From the IMG/VR virus record IMGVR_UViG_3300028886_000004, positions 32,001 through 96,000 of that record: a stretch of DNA of 64,000 nucleotides; one strand, written 5' to 3'. The position numbers and the translations under genes are program-made. Shown one piece after another: positions 45,331 through 55,443 of the stretch; the stretch's first letter is position 1, and every line of letters starts with the position of its first letter. This DNA comes from a virus. Taxonomy: Duplodnaviria > Caudoviricetes. The notes under the pieces were generated by a model that was not told the origin of the DNA, searched no databases, and saw only the letters and a list, made by a program, of their open reading frames with translations.

Positions 45331-46881
45331 ATGAACATTTTTACTCGCGCAGCTAAATCTTTTCAGCAGACATTTGTGGACTACACCATCATGCGGGCCA
45401 TCGCGTCCCGTATGACTGACGTTGAATACGCCATTGCCACATCGGATGCGGACAAGCAGCGCCTCAAAGAAATCGCGAATGCGCCTACTTCCCAAATGGG
45501 CTTGTGGACGCAGCTGTATGAGCACTTTGTCAATTACCGAAATGACCTGAACAAGTACGAGGTATTGAAGGAACAATACCTCGTCGAGGCTATGGTCAAT
45601 GCCTACGCCTATGATGCCCTCGCGATTGACCCGCAAACCGAAAAGTCCTTTGATTTGACCATTGATAAGCAGTTCCCGTCCTCCAATCGCGCCCAGCGCA
45701 TTGTGGACGATTTCCGCTTCAACATCTCGCTGGACACATTCCTCAACAAGATTGTTTGCGATGCCATCTTCTACGGGCAGTATTGGGTTGAGTATCTCCG
45801 TGATAAGAATCACCATATTGTCGGCTTGAAGGACAGCTACCAGCCCGGTTCCATCTTCACGGTCGGACTTGAAGGCTTGTCGGCACAGCCGCTTTACTAC
45901 TGCATCACCCCGGGGAATGCCACCCGAATTTCTACGCTTGACAGCGACAATATCGCCTGCCTCCAAATGCAAATCGATAGAATGCGCTTCTCCCTCTCCA
46001 AAGAACAGATTATGATTCAGGGCAGGGATTCGATCATCGCGCAGACTTCCACGGTTGGCCGCCACTTCTGCGCGAACATCTACGATAAGGTGTTCTCCCT
46101 CGAAATGCTGGAACAGCTGTATTTGGCAGGCATTGCCGCCGCTATGCAGCGCAATACCTTGATTAGCGTGAAGGCGCCGGATGGCCTTGATCTTCAACAG
46201 ATTAAGTCCTTTAACGCCTATTGGGAAAACCTCATCAACAACAACGATAGTAATGATGCTCCGGCCCCCGGTGCCGATTTGAATTCTATCCGTCTGTTTG
46301 CTGCTTCCGCTTCCAAGATCCGCGTGATTCCGGAACAGACGCAGCGTGGCGGCATCAGTGTTGCCTTGTCCGCCGATCAGGCTGGAGACACCTCCATCCC
46401 GGACAAAATCAACAATCTCCGCAATCTTATTACGGATATCAAGGGTGTTCCCTACTCGTTCCTTTTCAGCGCCGAAGGCCGCACGGCCCAGCCAGCCGGT
46501 CTTGCAATGCGCCAGTACGTGCGATATGCGCGTGCGGTGAAGATGATGCAAAACGGCCTTCGTCGCTTCCTTACCAAGATTATCAAGGATCTTCTCCGGT
46601 CCTATGGCTATTCTGTCCCGGACGAATTCATCCACGTCAGCCAGTATTGCGCCGTGAACGTTGCCGAGCTCGACCGAATGGAATACGCGGATGCGACCAC
46701 CACGGTTATCGAGCATATCTATCAAACCGTCAGCACGCTTACTCAGGACCCGGATGTCCAGCCGTTTGTCAATGGGACGGAAAAGGCGCGTTACATCGAA
46801 TCGCTGCTTGATAGCATGTCCGGCGCCACGCAGATTATCAATGTGCCGGCGGCGCAAGCCGCTGAACAGAAGAGGTCATAA
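45331..46881 (+). CDS. Portal protein (T4 gp20-like)
   Basis: 516 aa; DAIFYGQYW, L.MLE and GVP.SFL..RYAR.VK..Q patterns; morphogenesis context. Confidence 0.6.
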   Translation: MNIFTRAAKSFQQTFVDYTIMRAIASRMTDVEYAIATSDADKQRLKEIANAPTSQMGLWTQLYEHFVNYRNDLNKYEVLKEQYLVEAMVNAYAYDALAIDPQTEKSFDLTIDKQFPSSNRAQRIVDDFRFNISLDTFLNKIVCDAIFYGQYWVEYLRDKNHHIVGLKDSYQPGSIFTVGLEGLSAQPLYYCITPGNATRISTLDSDNIACLQMQIDRMRFSLSKEQIMIQGRDSIIAQTSTVGRHFCANIYDKVFSLEMLEQLYLAGIAAAMQRNTLISVKAPDGLDLQQIKSFNAYWENLINNNDSNDAPAPGADLNSIRLFAASASKIRVIPEQTQRGGISVALSADQAGDTSIPDKINNLRNLITDIKGVPYSFLFSAEGRTAQPAGLAMRQYVRYARAVKMMQNGLRRFLTKIIKDLLRSYGYSVPDEFIHVSQYCAVNVAELDRMEYADATTTVIEHIYQTVSTLTQDPDVQPFVNGTEKARYIESLLDSMSGATQIINVPAAQAAEQKRS

Positions 46882-47135
46882 TGGGTGTTTTACTGAATCA
46901 CGAACCGGACCCGCAGTACAAGGCGCTGCATGATTTCTATCACCGCCCGAATGCTATTTCGGCAGCTAGAACTTCCCGCTCTTGGACGATTACCGGGGTC
47001 AAGCGCCGTAAGGGAATGCTGAAGTGGACCCACTCCTTGGCAGGCCGCCGCTTCTATCGTCAGTTGGCATTGCATAAGGCATTGCACGAACATTTCCACA
47101 TTACCATCGCCCCTAAAAAGCAGGCAAATGACTAA
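46881..47135 (+). CDS. Small basic head-associated hypothetical protein
   Basis: Coupled to the portal; KW..S..GRRF.R.L. Confidence 0.55.
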   Translation: MGVLLNHEPDPQYKALHDFYHRPNAISAARTSRSWTITGVKRRKGMLKWTHSLAGRRFYRQLALHKALHEHFHITIAPKKQAND

Positions 47136-47144
47136 GGGGGACGA

Positions 47145-48257
47145 ATGATTACTTCTGTTGCCGTTCAGGCGTATCTTGCGCGTATCGCCGAGCTGTTTAA
47201 AGAGCAGGGGTTTGACCCCAGTATGAATGTCATTTACGATGCGGAGGAGGCTCAAACCGAGGAATGGATTTCCGACGAATTGGCCGGAAAACATATGCAG
47301 CGTAAAGGGACAACTACAAAAGAGGATGTCCGCAGCAAACCGTTTATGGCATTGTTTTGGACCCGCTCCAGCCTTGAACCGATTATCCGGCGCCCCTATC
47401 GTTTGATAGATTCCCCGGATGAGGGTATCACCGGGCCTGCTGGCAAATCCACGGTCAATGCGAAATTCCGTATTGCGTGCGCGTTTGTGTCCAATAAGGC
47501 GGAAGCGGTGGAAGACTTGGAAGAGGCATTTGCCGCAAGATTCCAAAGCACCTACAATGTCCCGATCTCCTTGGAGTTCATCTATAATTCCGCCGAAAAG
47601 CGTCCGGAAGAAGCGAAGACGAATTTCACAGTGATACAGAATATGGGCGAAGCGGACCTCGTCAATTACAAAGAAGGCAACCTGTTTGCCTATGCGTGGG
47701 GTGCGGAGATTCATATGAACTGCGTGTCCGAATTTGCCTGGTCCCGCGTGTTCCCGGTCGAAAAGGTCGTGGTTGATTTGTATGACCCCAAGGGCATCCC
47801 GCTTGCATCCCTGGACGCCTCCGGAAAAGCGCATACGCATACCTATACGGCTGTGGATGGCACTGAGGTGGAGAATGTGCCGGATGAACCATTAGTCGCC
47901 TTTACAAGCGCAGATCCGCGCGATTATGCGCTATTCTCGATTACCCTGCCGTATTCCGTTCCGTATTCGGAAGGCAAGGAAGCAGCCGGTCAGGAACCTC
48001 CGATTATGCCTAGCGTGTATGGCATTTCGGATGAGGCACATGCATTGATTGAATCCGCCATCAAGGGGATCGGCGGCGAGGTATCGCTGCGCTCCACCAA
48101 GTATATGATGGTGGTGCGGATGCCTTTGGCCTTGAATCATAAGGAAGATGCAACCTATGACGAGGACCTGATGGCAACCGCCGGGGCGGTAGCCACTGCC
48201 GTGCATTCTGCCGCATCGGACGAATATATCGTGACCCCAATGCCACCCGAAGAATGA
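47145..48257 (+). CDS. Probable virion structural (neck/tail-completion) protein
   Basis: Position and size only. Confidence 0.4.
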   Translation: MITSVAVQAYLARIAELFKEQGFDPSMNVIYDAEEAQTEEWISDELAGKHMQRKGTTTKEDVRSKPFMALFWTRSSLEPIIRRPYRLIDSPDEGITGPAGKSTVNAKFRIACAFVSNKAEAVEDLEEAFAARFQSTYNVPISLEFIYNSAEKRPEEAKTNFTVIQNMGEADLVNYKEGNLFAYAWGAEIHMNCVSEFAWSRVFPVEKVVVDLYDPKGIPLASLDASGKAHTHTYTAVDGTEVENVPDEPLVAFTSADPRDYALFSITLPYSVPYSEGKEAAGQEPPIMPSVYGISDEAHALIESAIKGIGGEVSLRSTKYMMVVRMPLALNHKEDATYDEDLMATAGAVATAVHSAASDEYIVTPMPPEE

Positions 48258-48664
48258 CCCAAAAGAAAAAGTATATCTATTTTGCCGGGGACAACCTCCT
48301 CGGCACTAAGTATTATCGCCGGGCGGTGATTGTCGGCGAGACCACAGATCTAATCCATCGACAGCACATGTATACCCCGGGGAAGGGGATGGTTACTCCA
48401 GCCACCGGGGACTTGGTTTCCTACTCCGGATTGAAGAACCTGCCGTGGCCTTTTATGGACTATTTCGAGGCGCCGGCCGGAATGTCGGACAAGGACCTGC
48501 ACGAACTTTTTACGATGGTCCGCCCTTTCAAGGATTTCGTTTACCCGATAAAGGATATGCAAAATATGCACACAAAGGAGGCCTTCGGTTTTTGGGGGAC
48601 CACTTCTTTGGAGGATGCCATCGCGCAATTGAAGCGCCTCCTGCTTGAGCATCTAGGTGGTTAA
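48254..48664 (+). CDS. Hypothetical protein (GIY-YIG/T5orf172-like pattern)
   Basis: YIY..VG.T..R, DK.LH and KE.F. Confidence 0.45.
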   Translation: MTQKKKYIYFAGDNLLGTKYYRRAVIVGETTDLIHRQHMYTPGKGMVTPATGDLVSYSGLKNLPWPFMDYFEAPAGMSDKDLHELFTMVRPFKDFVYPIKDMQNMHTKEAFGFWGTTSLEDAIAQLKRLLLEHLGG

Positions 48665-48700
48665 ACCCTTCCAGTAATGTATATTTTGGAGGAGGTTAAT

Positions 48701-49822
48701 ATGCACATCAATTTTGTTGTCCAGCAAAATGAAGCCTCCGCATTGACCCGCGGCGGGCGCCCTACAAAGCTGTTTGATGTAGTCGATCTTATTTTGAAGA
48801 ACGGCGGTTCTGTCCGTGGAAAGGATTTGAAGCCGCTGTTCCCGCAACTCCCCGCATTGTATTCCTTGCTGAAAAGCGAGCCCGGTCTCGTCCGTGATAC
48901 CACCGGCGCCTTCCCCACCTTGTCCGTTTCGGATGACCTGTATCAGCGCTATGTGGCAGCCTGCAAGGAAATGAATCGTCCTTACTATGACCAAAAGGGC
49001 GCCCAGCAAGGCGCTCCGGCCGGCACGCCTGCCACCCCGGCGCCTGCCCAAGAACCGGCTGCCTCGGAAGAGCCTCCTGCCGAGCCGACCCACTGGTGGA
49101 AGTATACCTTCAAAAATGACAAGTGCGAGTTCAAGTGCAGCCCCACGAAAATCACCATCAAGCAAAAAACGCGCGATGGCTGGAAGACCTCGACCATTAG
49201 AAAGGGAAGCGCCCGCTCGGATCTCTATGATGCCGTGCGCATTTCCGCCTACAGTTACGAGCACGATGATTTGGATAAAAGATTGGGCATTGCCGTGAAG
49301 GTTATGCTGTATGCAGGTTACAGCCGAATCGAATACGAAAACTTCAAGCCGAACCGCGAAAACATCCTTCACCTGACCGAATGCCTTGACGGCGTGTTTG
49401 GTGTCCCCGCCAATTACTGGAAGCCGACCGAAGCAGGCTGCCTCGCGAAGGTCAAGAGCCTGATTAAGAAGCGCGTCGCGGACAACGACTACGGGTCCAT
49501 TGTCCTGAATGATATCACGCTGTCCGGGAAGACATTGAATGTCAATGTGGAATTTTATAAGAAGGCGTATGGCGATGGCTATGACCGCAATTATTATGGC
49601 CGCTGGACGTTTAATGATTTGAGCGAATTTGGATCCCGCCACAGCACGGAATACCCCGAAAATGCGTGGTGGGATGGAACGACCTCCAGGGATACTCCAA
49701 GCGGGGTTGTTCAAAAACTGGTATTCTTCAGCGACGACGCGGATACGAAGGGCGCCACGCCTAACTACTTCGCAATGATCGCGGATGAAATTTGTATCAC
49801 TGAATATTTAAGCGCTGACTAA
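48701..49822 (+). CDS. Putative internal head protein (MHINFVVQQNE tag)
   Basis: ATG at 48701 after GGAGG; first module homologous to an internal module of 50228. Confidence 0.7.
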   Translation: MHINFVVQQNEASALTRGGRPTKLFDVVDLILKNGGSVRGKDLKPLFPQLPALYSLLKSEPGLVRDTTGAFPTLSVSDDLYQRYVAACKEMNRPYYDQKGAQQGAPAGTPATPAPAQEPAASEEPPAEPTHWWKYTFKNDKCEFKCSPTKITIKQKTRDGWKTSTIRKGSARSDLYDAVRISAYSYEHDDLDKRLGIAVKVMLYAGYSRIEYENFKPNRENILHLTECLDGVFGVPANYWKPTEAGCLAKVKSLIKKRVADNDYGSIVLNDITLSGKTLNVNVEFYKKAYGDGYDRNYYGRWTFNDLSEFGSRHSTEYPENAWWDGTTSRDTPSGVVQKLVFFSDDADTKGATPNYFAMIADEICITEYLSAD

Positions 49823-49834
49823 AAGAGGTCAATT

Positions 49835-50224
49835 ATGTATGTAAAAAAGAAGTACGAAGCTAATGAACCGAAGGGGTTTGTCACGTCCATCAATAGTTGC
49901 TATAACGCCTATTGCGAACCTACGCCGGATGGCATCCTGCTTGAAGTGACCCTTATTGGGCGCGATGAGAAAGATGCCGCTACCGCTGCCGTAAACGTGG
50001 CGAAGCCGCTTACCGAAGAAAAGATCTCGGCTGCCCTTCAGTATGCAGCCTTGAAAGGCATTCACGATTACATCGGCAACAACCTTGTGGCGCCTTCCAA
50101 GGATGGCGGCGCCTCAACAAAGAAGGTTGCGGACTATTCCGAATTGTTTACCCAAAAACTTGGTTACGAGCGCCACTTCAACGGTGCCGCCGCCGAGATC
50201 TTCCAGCGCGTTAGCAAGGAGTAA
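49835..50224 (+). CDS. Putative internal head protein (MYVKKKYE tag)
   Basis: N-terminus shared with the next gene. Confidence 0.7.
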   Translation: MYVKKKYEANEPKGFVTSINSCYNAYCEPTPDGILLEVTLIGRDEKDAATAAVNVAKPLTEEKISAALQYAALKGIHDYIGNNLVAPSKDGGASTKKVADYSELFTQKLGYERHFNGAAAEIFQRVSKE

Positions 50225-50227
50225 ACC

Positions 50228-51748
50228 GTGTTTATCAAGAAGAAATACGAGGCATCCAGCCCTTTCAAAATCACGGATGTGAAGTGCGACCAAAAGTGGC
50301 TCGCCGAGGCGGGGAATGACGGCTTGGTTGTTTCCTGCCTGATCAACGGCGTTCCTTGCAAGTTCCCGTTTAAGGGGGCACGCTGGAGCAAGGTGATGGT
50401 GGGCGGCCTTGGCATTGATTGCGAAGATGCCCTCTTCCCTCGCAGCGGATCCTTTTGGCCGGAACATGTTAAAATCGCAACGGAAGGCGGCGGGAATTAT
50501 TACTACCCGCTTTGCATCAATGATGATGTTGTGAAGTCCCAGCCGAAGGAAAATCAAAAGGATTTCCGTTTTACCGGACAGCTGTATTCCACGGCGCCGA
50601 TCGCCAAGGCTTTCAAGACCAAGCTGCTTGAATTGTACAACAAAGGCTATCTCACCCAAAAATTCCTTGAACACGTAGGCGCCGCCGAAGCGACCACGGA
50701 AGCCCGCAAGGATAAGGTGGACTGGAATGATCTCGCCTATTGGGTTTCGAAGGCAAACGAACCCGAATATGGTGATATGCGTATCACCTTGAAGGAAATT
50801 GCCGACCACGCGCATACCACCGTCGATGATGTCAAGGCGCACGCCTATGATATGCTGAAGACAATGCGCGGGATTGATTGTATTGACGATGTCTACTGGC
50901 GTGGCGATACGGACTCTCCCATTACTTTCACCAAGAAGAAAATGTGGTATGAGGATCGCGTCGCCAACGAGGCAACCCTTATGATTCGCGGCGGCAAGGC
51001 AACCGGCCTTCTTGAAGTGGTCGGCCGCATTGCGCAGGCAAAGAATCAGGCGCGTGCTCAGGACTTGCAGGGAATCTTCTCCCACTATATGGCATTGTCC
51101 AATGTTCTTTTGAACACCGATGGCATTACGCGCGAGCAGGTCCCCGGAAAGCCCTATTATGTTTACAGCGTGAATGACTTTCTCCATTCCTACTACAAGG
51201 ATGCCTGCCGTGAATTGGGCCGTGGCTACTACGAACTCGATGGCAAGTATGTACCGGGGAAGAAGGATAGCACGCCGCAAAAGCCGCAAACCCCTCCGGC
51301 TCCAGCCAAGAAGCCCGAAGGCACGGTGCTGCCTTTTGAACAATGCTTCTTTGCCTCTATGATTCTTGACGCCAAGGATTACAGCGGCGGACGCGAATGT
51401 TCTTGGATTGACCCCAAGAATCTCAGTCGCGTGTTGGCTGCCTACGAGGACGATGATGGCACCCCGCTTTCCCGCAAGATGGGCGATCTCAAACAAAAGT
51501 ATGAACGCCTCAAGGAAAAGTGCCTTGCGGATGGAAAGTCCAAGGTTGCCCGCGTCGGCGAGGACTACGGAACCGTTGATTCGGATTGCATCCCGGATAT
51601 CAAGGATTACCTTGAAATGTGGCCGAAGCATAGCCGCGACGGGCGCGTGCAGGAGGCGACCTCCCTTTGGATGTGCGTTGCGCCTTCCAGGGACAAGGTC
51701 AAATTCGATAGCAACGAATGGAATAGCCGCCCGGTCATTGACGTGTAA
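50228..51748 (+). CDS. Putative internal head polyprotein (MFIKKKYE tag)
   Basis: Shared tag; internal xxE-A sites separate modules. Confidence 0.7.
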   Translation: MFIKKKYEASSPFKITDVKCDQKWLAEAGNDGLVVSCLINGVPCKFPFKGARWSKVMVGGLGIDCEDALFPRSGSFWPEHVKIATEGGGNYYYPLCINDDVVKSQPKENQKDFRFTGQLYSTAPIAKAFKTKLLELYNKGYLTQKFLEHVGAAEATTEARKDKVDWNDLAYWVSKANEPEYGDMRITLKEIADHAHTTVDDVKAHAYDMLKTMRGIDCIDDVYWRGDTDSPITFTKKKMWYEDRVANEATLMIRGGKATGLLEVVGRIAQAKNQARAQDLQGIFSHYMALSNVLLNTDGITREQVPGKPYYVYSVNDFLHSYYKDACRELGRGYYELDGKYVPGKKDSTPQKPQTPPAPAKKPEGTVLPFEQCFFASMILDAKDYSGGRECSWIDPKNLSRVLAAYEDDDGTPLSRKMGDLKQKYERLKEKCLADGKSKVARVGEDYGTVDSDCIPDIKDYLEMWPKHSRDGRVQEATSLWMCVAPSRDKVKFDSNEWNSRPVIDV

Positions 51749-51891
51749 TTCCGTATAATAGTTCTATCAGCCGATAAGGAAAGGTATTCCCCAAACGTCC
51801 AAGGACCATTTTTTTGTTTCACCCTTATTGGTTGGTGGAAAGGCGTCGGAGCGATTCGGCGCCTTTCATATTTCACACATAGGAGAATGCA

Positions 51892-52704
51892 ATGCAACAG
51901 TATCTCAATCTACTCAAGGACATCATTGAAAATGGCGTGGACCGCTCCGATCGCACCGGAACCGGAACCCGCTCCGTATTTGGCCGCCAAATCCGTTTTG
52001 ATCTTTCGGCGGGATTCCCGTGCCTCACTACAAAGAAACTTTCTTTGCGCAGCATTATCTACGAGCTGCTTTGGTTCTTGAAAGGCGAAACCAATATCCG
52101 GTATCTTCACGAACATATGGTTTCGATTTGGGACGAATGGGCTGACGAGAACGGCGAATTGGGCCCGGTATATGGCCGCCAGTGGCGCTCGTGGCCGACA
52201 CCGAATGGAGGGCACATTGACCAAATTTCCAACGTGCTGGATTCCCTCAAAAACAACCCGGATTCAAGGCGCCACGTAGTTAGCGCTTGGAACGTGGCCG
52301 ACGTGGACAATATGGCTCTCCCGCCTTGCCATTGCCTCTTCCAGTTCTATGTGGGCGGCGTAGGCGCCAGCGGAAAGCGCCGTTTGAGCTGCCAGCTTTA
52401 TCAGCGTAGCGCCGATGTGTTTTTGGGAGTCCCGTTTAACATTGCCTCGTACTCCCTGCTGACAATGATGATTGCACAGGTATGCGGCTATGAACCGGGA
52501 GAATTTGTCCACACGTTCGGGGACTTGCATTTGTACAGCAACCACTTTGAGCAGGCGAATCTCCAGCTCTCTCGCGACCCTCGCCCCTTGCCTACTATGA
52601 AATTGAATCCGGAAATCACGGACCTGTTTAAATTTGATTTCACGGACTTCACGCTGCTCAACTACAACCCGCATCCTGCCATCAAGGCGCCTATTGCGGT
52701 GTAA
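51892..52704 (+). CDS. thyA: Thymidylate synthase
   Basis: [38 protein letters not shown] and GDLHLY. Confidence 0.98.
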   Translation: MQQYLNLLKDIIENGVDRSDRTGTGTRSVFGRQIRFDLSAGFPCLTTKKLSLRSIIYELLWFLKGETNIRYLHEHMVSIWDEWADENGELGPVYGRQWRSWPTPNGGHIDQISNVLDSLKNNPDSRRHVVSAWNVADVDNMALPPCHCLFQFYVGGVGASGKRRLSCQLYQRSADVFLGVPFNIASYSLLTMMIAQVCGYEPGEFVHTFGDLHLYSNHFEQANLQLSRDPRPLPTMKLNPEITDLFKFDFTDFTLLNYNPHPAIKAPIAV

Positions 52705-52819
52705 ACGTATATTAGGTATACGATCGATCCAGGGAAGAAGGGCGGTCCGTGAAAGCCGGAGTAAATACGAATGATTCCCGAGCCCGCCTCTATTCCCGCT
52801 TTTTACAAGGAGATTTAAA

Positions 52820-53512
52820 TTGGAACGCAAATACACCATCACAGAAGAAACCGTAATCACCAAAAACATCTTCAATAAGGAAGATGAAAAGATGGTGGAG
52901 CACCTTCTCCGCAAGATGCTTGGTATCCCCGAAAACGTGGAACTTGACGATAACCTGAAGGACACGCCGCATCGCTGGTGCAAGCTGTGGACTGAAATGA
53001 CCGAAGGCTATCGCACCAACCCCGCCGATTACCTGAACAAGATGTTCCCGGTAAATAGCGAAAATATGGCGGACGATGCCGAGAAGCGCCACTTTGACGG
53101 CAGCGCCACCAAGCCGATGTACGAACAGGGAATTGTGGTGGTGTCCACCGATGCGTGGTCCAGCTGTTGCCACCATTTGGCTCCGATGCATTGCCGCGTG
53201 GATGTGGCATACATTCCGAAGGACAATGTCGTGGGCCTTTCCAAGATTGTCCGTATGGTGAAAATGTATGGCCGCCGCCTGAATCTTCAGGAGGGCTGGC
53301 AGGCAAACATCGCGGACGCCATTATGGAAAAGCTGGGGGCCTTGGCGGTTGCTGTCCGCATCAGCGGCATTCATTCCTGCGTTTCTATGCGTGGCGCCAG
53401 TGAACAGACCTCGAAAACAACCACAAGTTGCGTGCGTGGAATCTTCACGGAAAATGATGCTGCCCGTGCCGAGGCATTTGCCTTGATGGACAAAAACAAA
53501 AACAAGGACTAG
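52820..53512 (+). CDS. folE: GTP cyclohydrolase I
   Basis: L.DTP.R, S.C.HHL.P, VVGLSKIVR, RR...QE and H.CVSMRG. Confidence 0.95.
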   Translation: MERKYTITEETVITKNIFNKEDEKMVEHLLRKMLGIPENVELDDNLKDTPHRWCKLWTEMTEGYRTNPADYLNKMFPVNSENMADDAEKRHFDGSATKPMYEQGIVVVSTDAWSSCCHHLAPMHCRVDVAYIPKDNVVGLSKIVRMVKMYGRRLNLQEGWQANIADAIMEKLGALAVAVRISGIHSCVSMRGASEQTSKTTTSCVRGIFTENDAARAEAFALMDKNKNKD

Positions 53513-53517
53513 TCCTT

Positions 53518-53727
53518 ATGTTCGACAAGGCGCGGACAAAGTCCAATCTTGAAGATGCCGGATTTGATGAAGATGATCTTGGCAATCTTCTTGAAGGGCT
53601 GGAGACATCCAACGATGGAGCAACCTTTCGTGATTTCATTACGCACCTGTCCTTTACCGGGGACTATTCAGCAGTGTATGATTCGGACGAGCCGTGGTAT
53701 CGTGCGATGGCGTGCATCCATTGGTAA
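53518..53727 (+). CDS. Hypothetical protein
   Basis: AAGGA RBS. Confidence 0.55.
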   Translation: MFDKARTKSNLEDAGFDEDDLGNLLEGLETSNDGATFRDFITHLSFTGDYSAVYDSDEPWYRAMACIHW

Positions 53728-53822
53728 AGTAGTCCCTTACAAAAAAATTTTCCAAATAAATGCGGCCGTGGTGCATCCCCGGCGCATTTTTTCTTATTTT
53801 TAACGCATAAGGAGTTCAATAC

Positions 53823-54854
53823 ATGTCTCAAAGAATTATAGATGCCGTTCCGTTCGAGCATTACACCCTTATCGAAGACAAGGCACAAATTTCCGAATCC
53901 TTCAAGGACGAAGTGAATAATAGCCGTGGCGCTATCCTTGCAATTGTTAAGGGAAAGCACTTCTGCCCCGATGGCACCTCCCGCAACCACCGCTTCTATC
54001 CCAAGGCACTTTGGCTTGGAGTGAAGAACGATGAAAACTTTATGGCACGCCTCAAGCGTAATGGGGTTGTGGGCCGCGTGGGACACGAACCGGAAATCAC
54101 CGATGAAGATATCGGCGAAGGAAATTACTCCCATTTTACCCGCAATATCAATTGGGAAACCGGTGAAGCGGAGTCCGTCATTGTGGACACCCCGATGGGC
54201 CGCAACCTGCTTACCGCCCTTCGCGCCGGAATCCAGCTTTTTGTAAGTTCCCGCGCAACCGGCGATTATTGCGGAAAGAATGATGAAGGGAACGATATTA
54301 TGGACGCCAAGACCTATGCGCTTGAACGTTTTGATTTCGTTCAGGACCCCGGATTTCTTGAAGCTCATCCGACTCTTGTGTCCGAATCCCTTAACAAGGG
54401 CGGAGCCAAGAGTGCGGTTGCTGAAGCGCTTCTCCGCATTGCGCAGAAGATTGGTGCCTCTGTATTTCTCGACGGCCGCCGTTACGTGGTCGAATCCCTT
54501 GATGCTAAGGGGATTCACATGGCTACGGAGGACACCAATCTTCGCGAAACTTATGAAAGCCACGACTTCGAAGATGTCCTCCCCGATCTTGAAAAAGCTA
54601 TTGTGTCCGCTGCTTCAAAGAATGAAGCGCTCGCCAATGATTTGAAGAGCGCCAACAACGATTTGAAGATTGCCCGCTTTGCCAACGACCAGGGACTGGA
54701 CGAAGAACATGTCCGCAAGCGTTTGCAAGAAGGCGCAACGTTGGAAATGATCGCAAAGGAGCATCCGGCGCCGCAACAGACGTATCGCATTGCCGAACAA
54801 CATGTTCCGTCGAAGCCGAAACACGAGTCCGTCCTCAACCGAATTTTTAGATAA
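53823..54854 (+). CDS. Prohead core protease (T4 gp21-like)
   Basis: RNHRFYP, G.VGHEP, SH, DTPMG, VSSRATG and FDFVQDPG. Confidence 0.9.
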   Translation: MSQRIIDAVPFEHYTLIEDKAQISESFKDEVNNSRGAILAIVKGKHFCPDGTSRNHRFYPKALWLGVKNDENFMARLKRNGVVGRVGHEPEITDEDIGEGNYSHFTRNINWETGEAESVIVDTPMGRNLLTALRAGIQLFVSSRATGDYCGKNDEGNDIMDAKTYALERFDFVQDPGFLEAHPTLVSESLNKGGAKSAVAEALLRIAQKIGASVFLDGRRYVVESLDAKGIHMATEDTNLRETYESHDFEDVLPDLEKAIVSAASKNEALANDLKSANNDLKIARFANDQGLDEEHVRKRLQEGATLEMIAKEHPAPQQTYRIAEQHVPSKPKHESVLNRIFR

Positions 54855-54924
54855 CGGGGGGTGTTGCCCTTCATATCAAAATGAGTTATATTACTGTTAA
54901 ACATTCCCTAAGGAGTAAAAACTT

Positions 54925-55425
54925 ATGAGCATCAAAATTTTGAAGAAGTTTACGGGCAAGAAGAGCGAATCGGCCGCATCCGTAGCCGCACGCCTTCGTG
55001 AACGTAACAAAGCCCGTGCTGAAGCTCTCGCTAAGGCCAAGCAGGCTGCTGCTGCAAAGAAGAACGAAGATGAAGGTGGTGAAGGCGATCAGGTTGATGA
55101 CATCAACATGGACGCTGAAACTGCTGAAGTCCTGTTCTCCACCAAGGACGTCAACTATGATGGTCCGATGCAGGTTCTCGTTGGCGAAGATCCGGTTGAC
55201 GGCGGCATTGTTGTAGCTGTTGCCACCGCAGAAAAGGACAACGTGGAAGAAGAAGAAGTCCTCGCCTCCATCACGGTCGGCGAAGGCGACGCCCCTGCTG
55301 CCGGAAACGGCGAAGCCGGAAACGGTGAAGAAACTGAAGAATCCAAGAAGGCTGCTGCGGACGCTGCAAAGGCTAAGGCCGTTGAAGAAGCTCGCACTGC
55401 CATCAAGGCCCGCCTCAAAAAGTAA
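54925..55425 (+). CDS. Prohead core / scaffolding protein
   Basis: Between protease and capsid; MSIKILKK..KSE N-terminus; acidic and helical. Confidence 0.6.
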   Translation: MSIKILKKFTGKKSESAASVAARLRERNKARAEALAKAKQAAAAKKNEDEGGEGDQVDDINMDAETAEVLFSTKDVNYDGPMQVLVGEDPVDGGIVVAVATAEKDNVEEEEVLASITVGEGDAPAAGNGEAGNGEETEESKKAAADAAKAKAVEEARTAIKARLKK

Positions 55426-55443
55426 TTACAAGGAGATCACATT

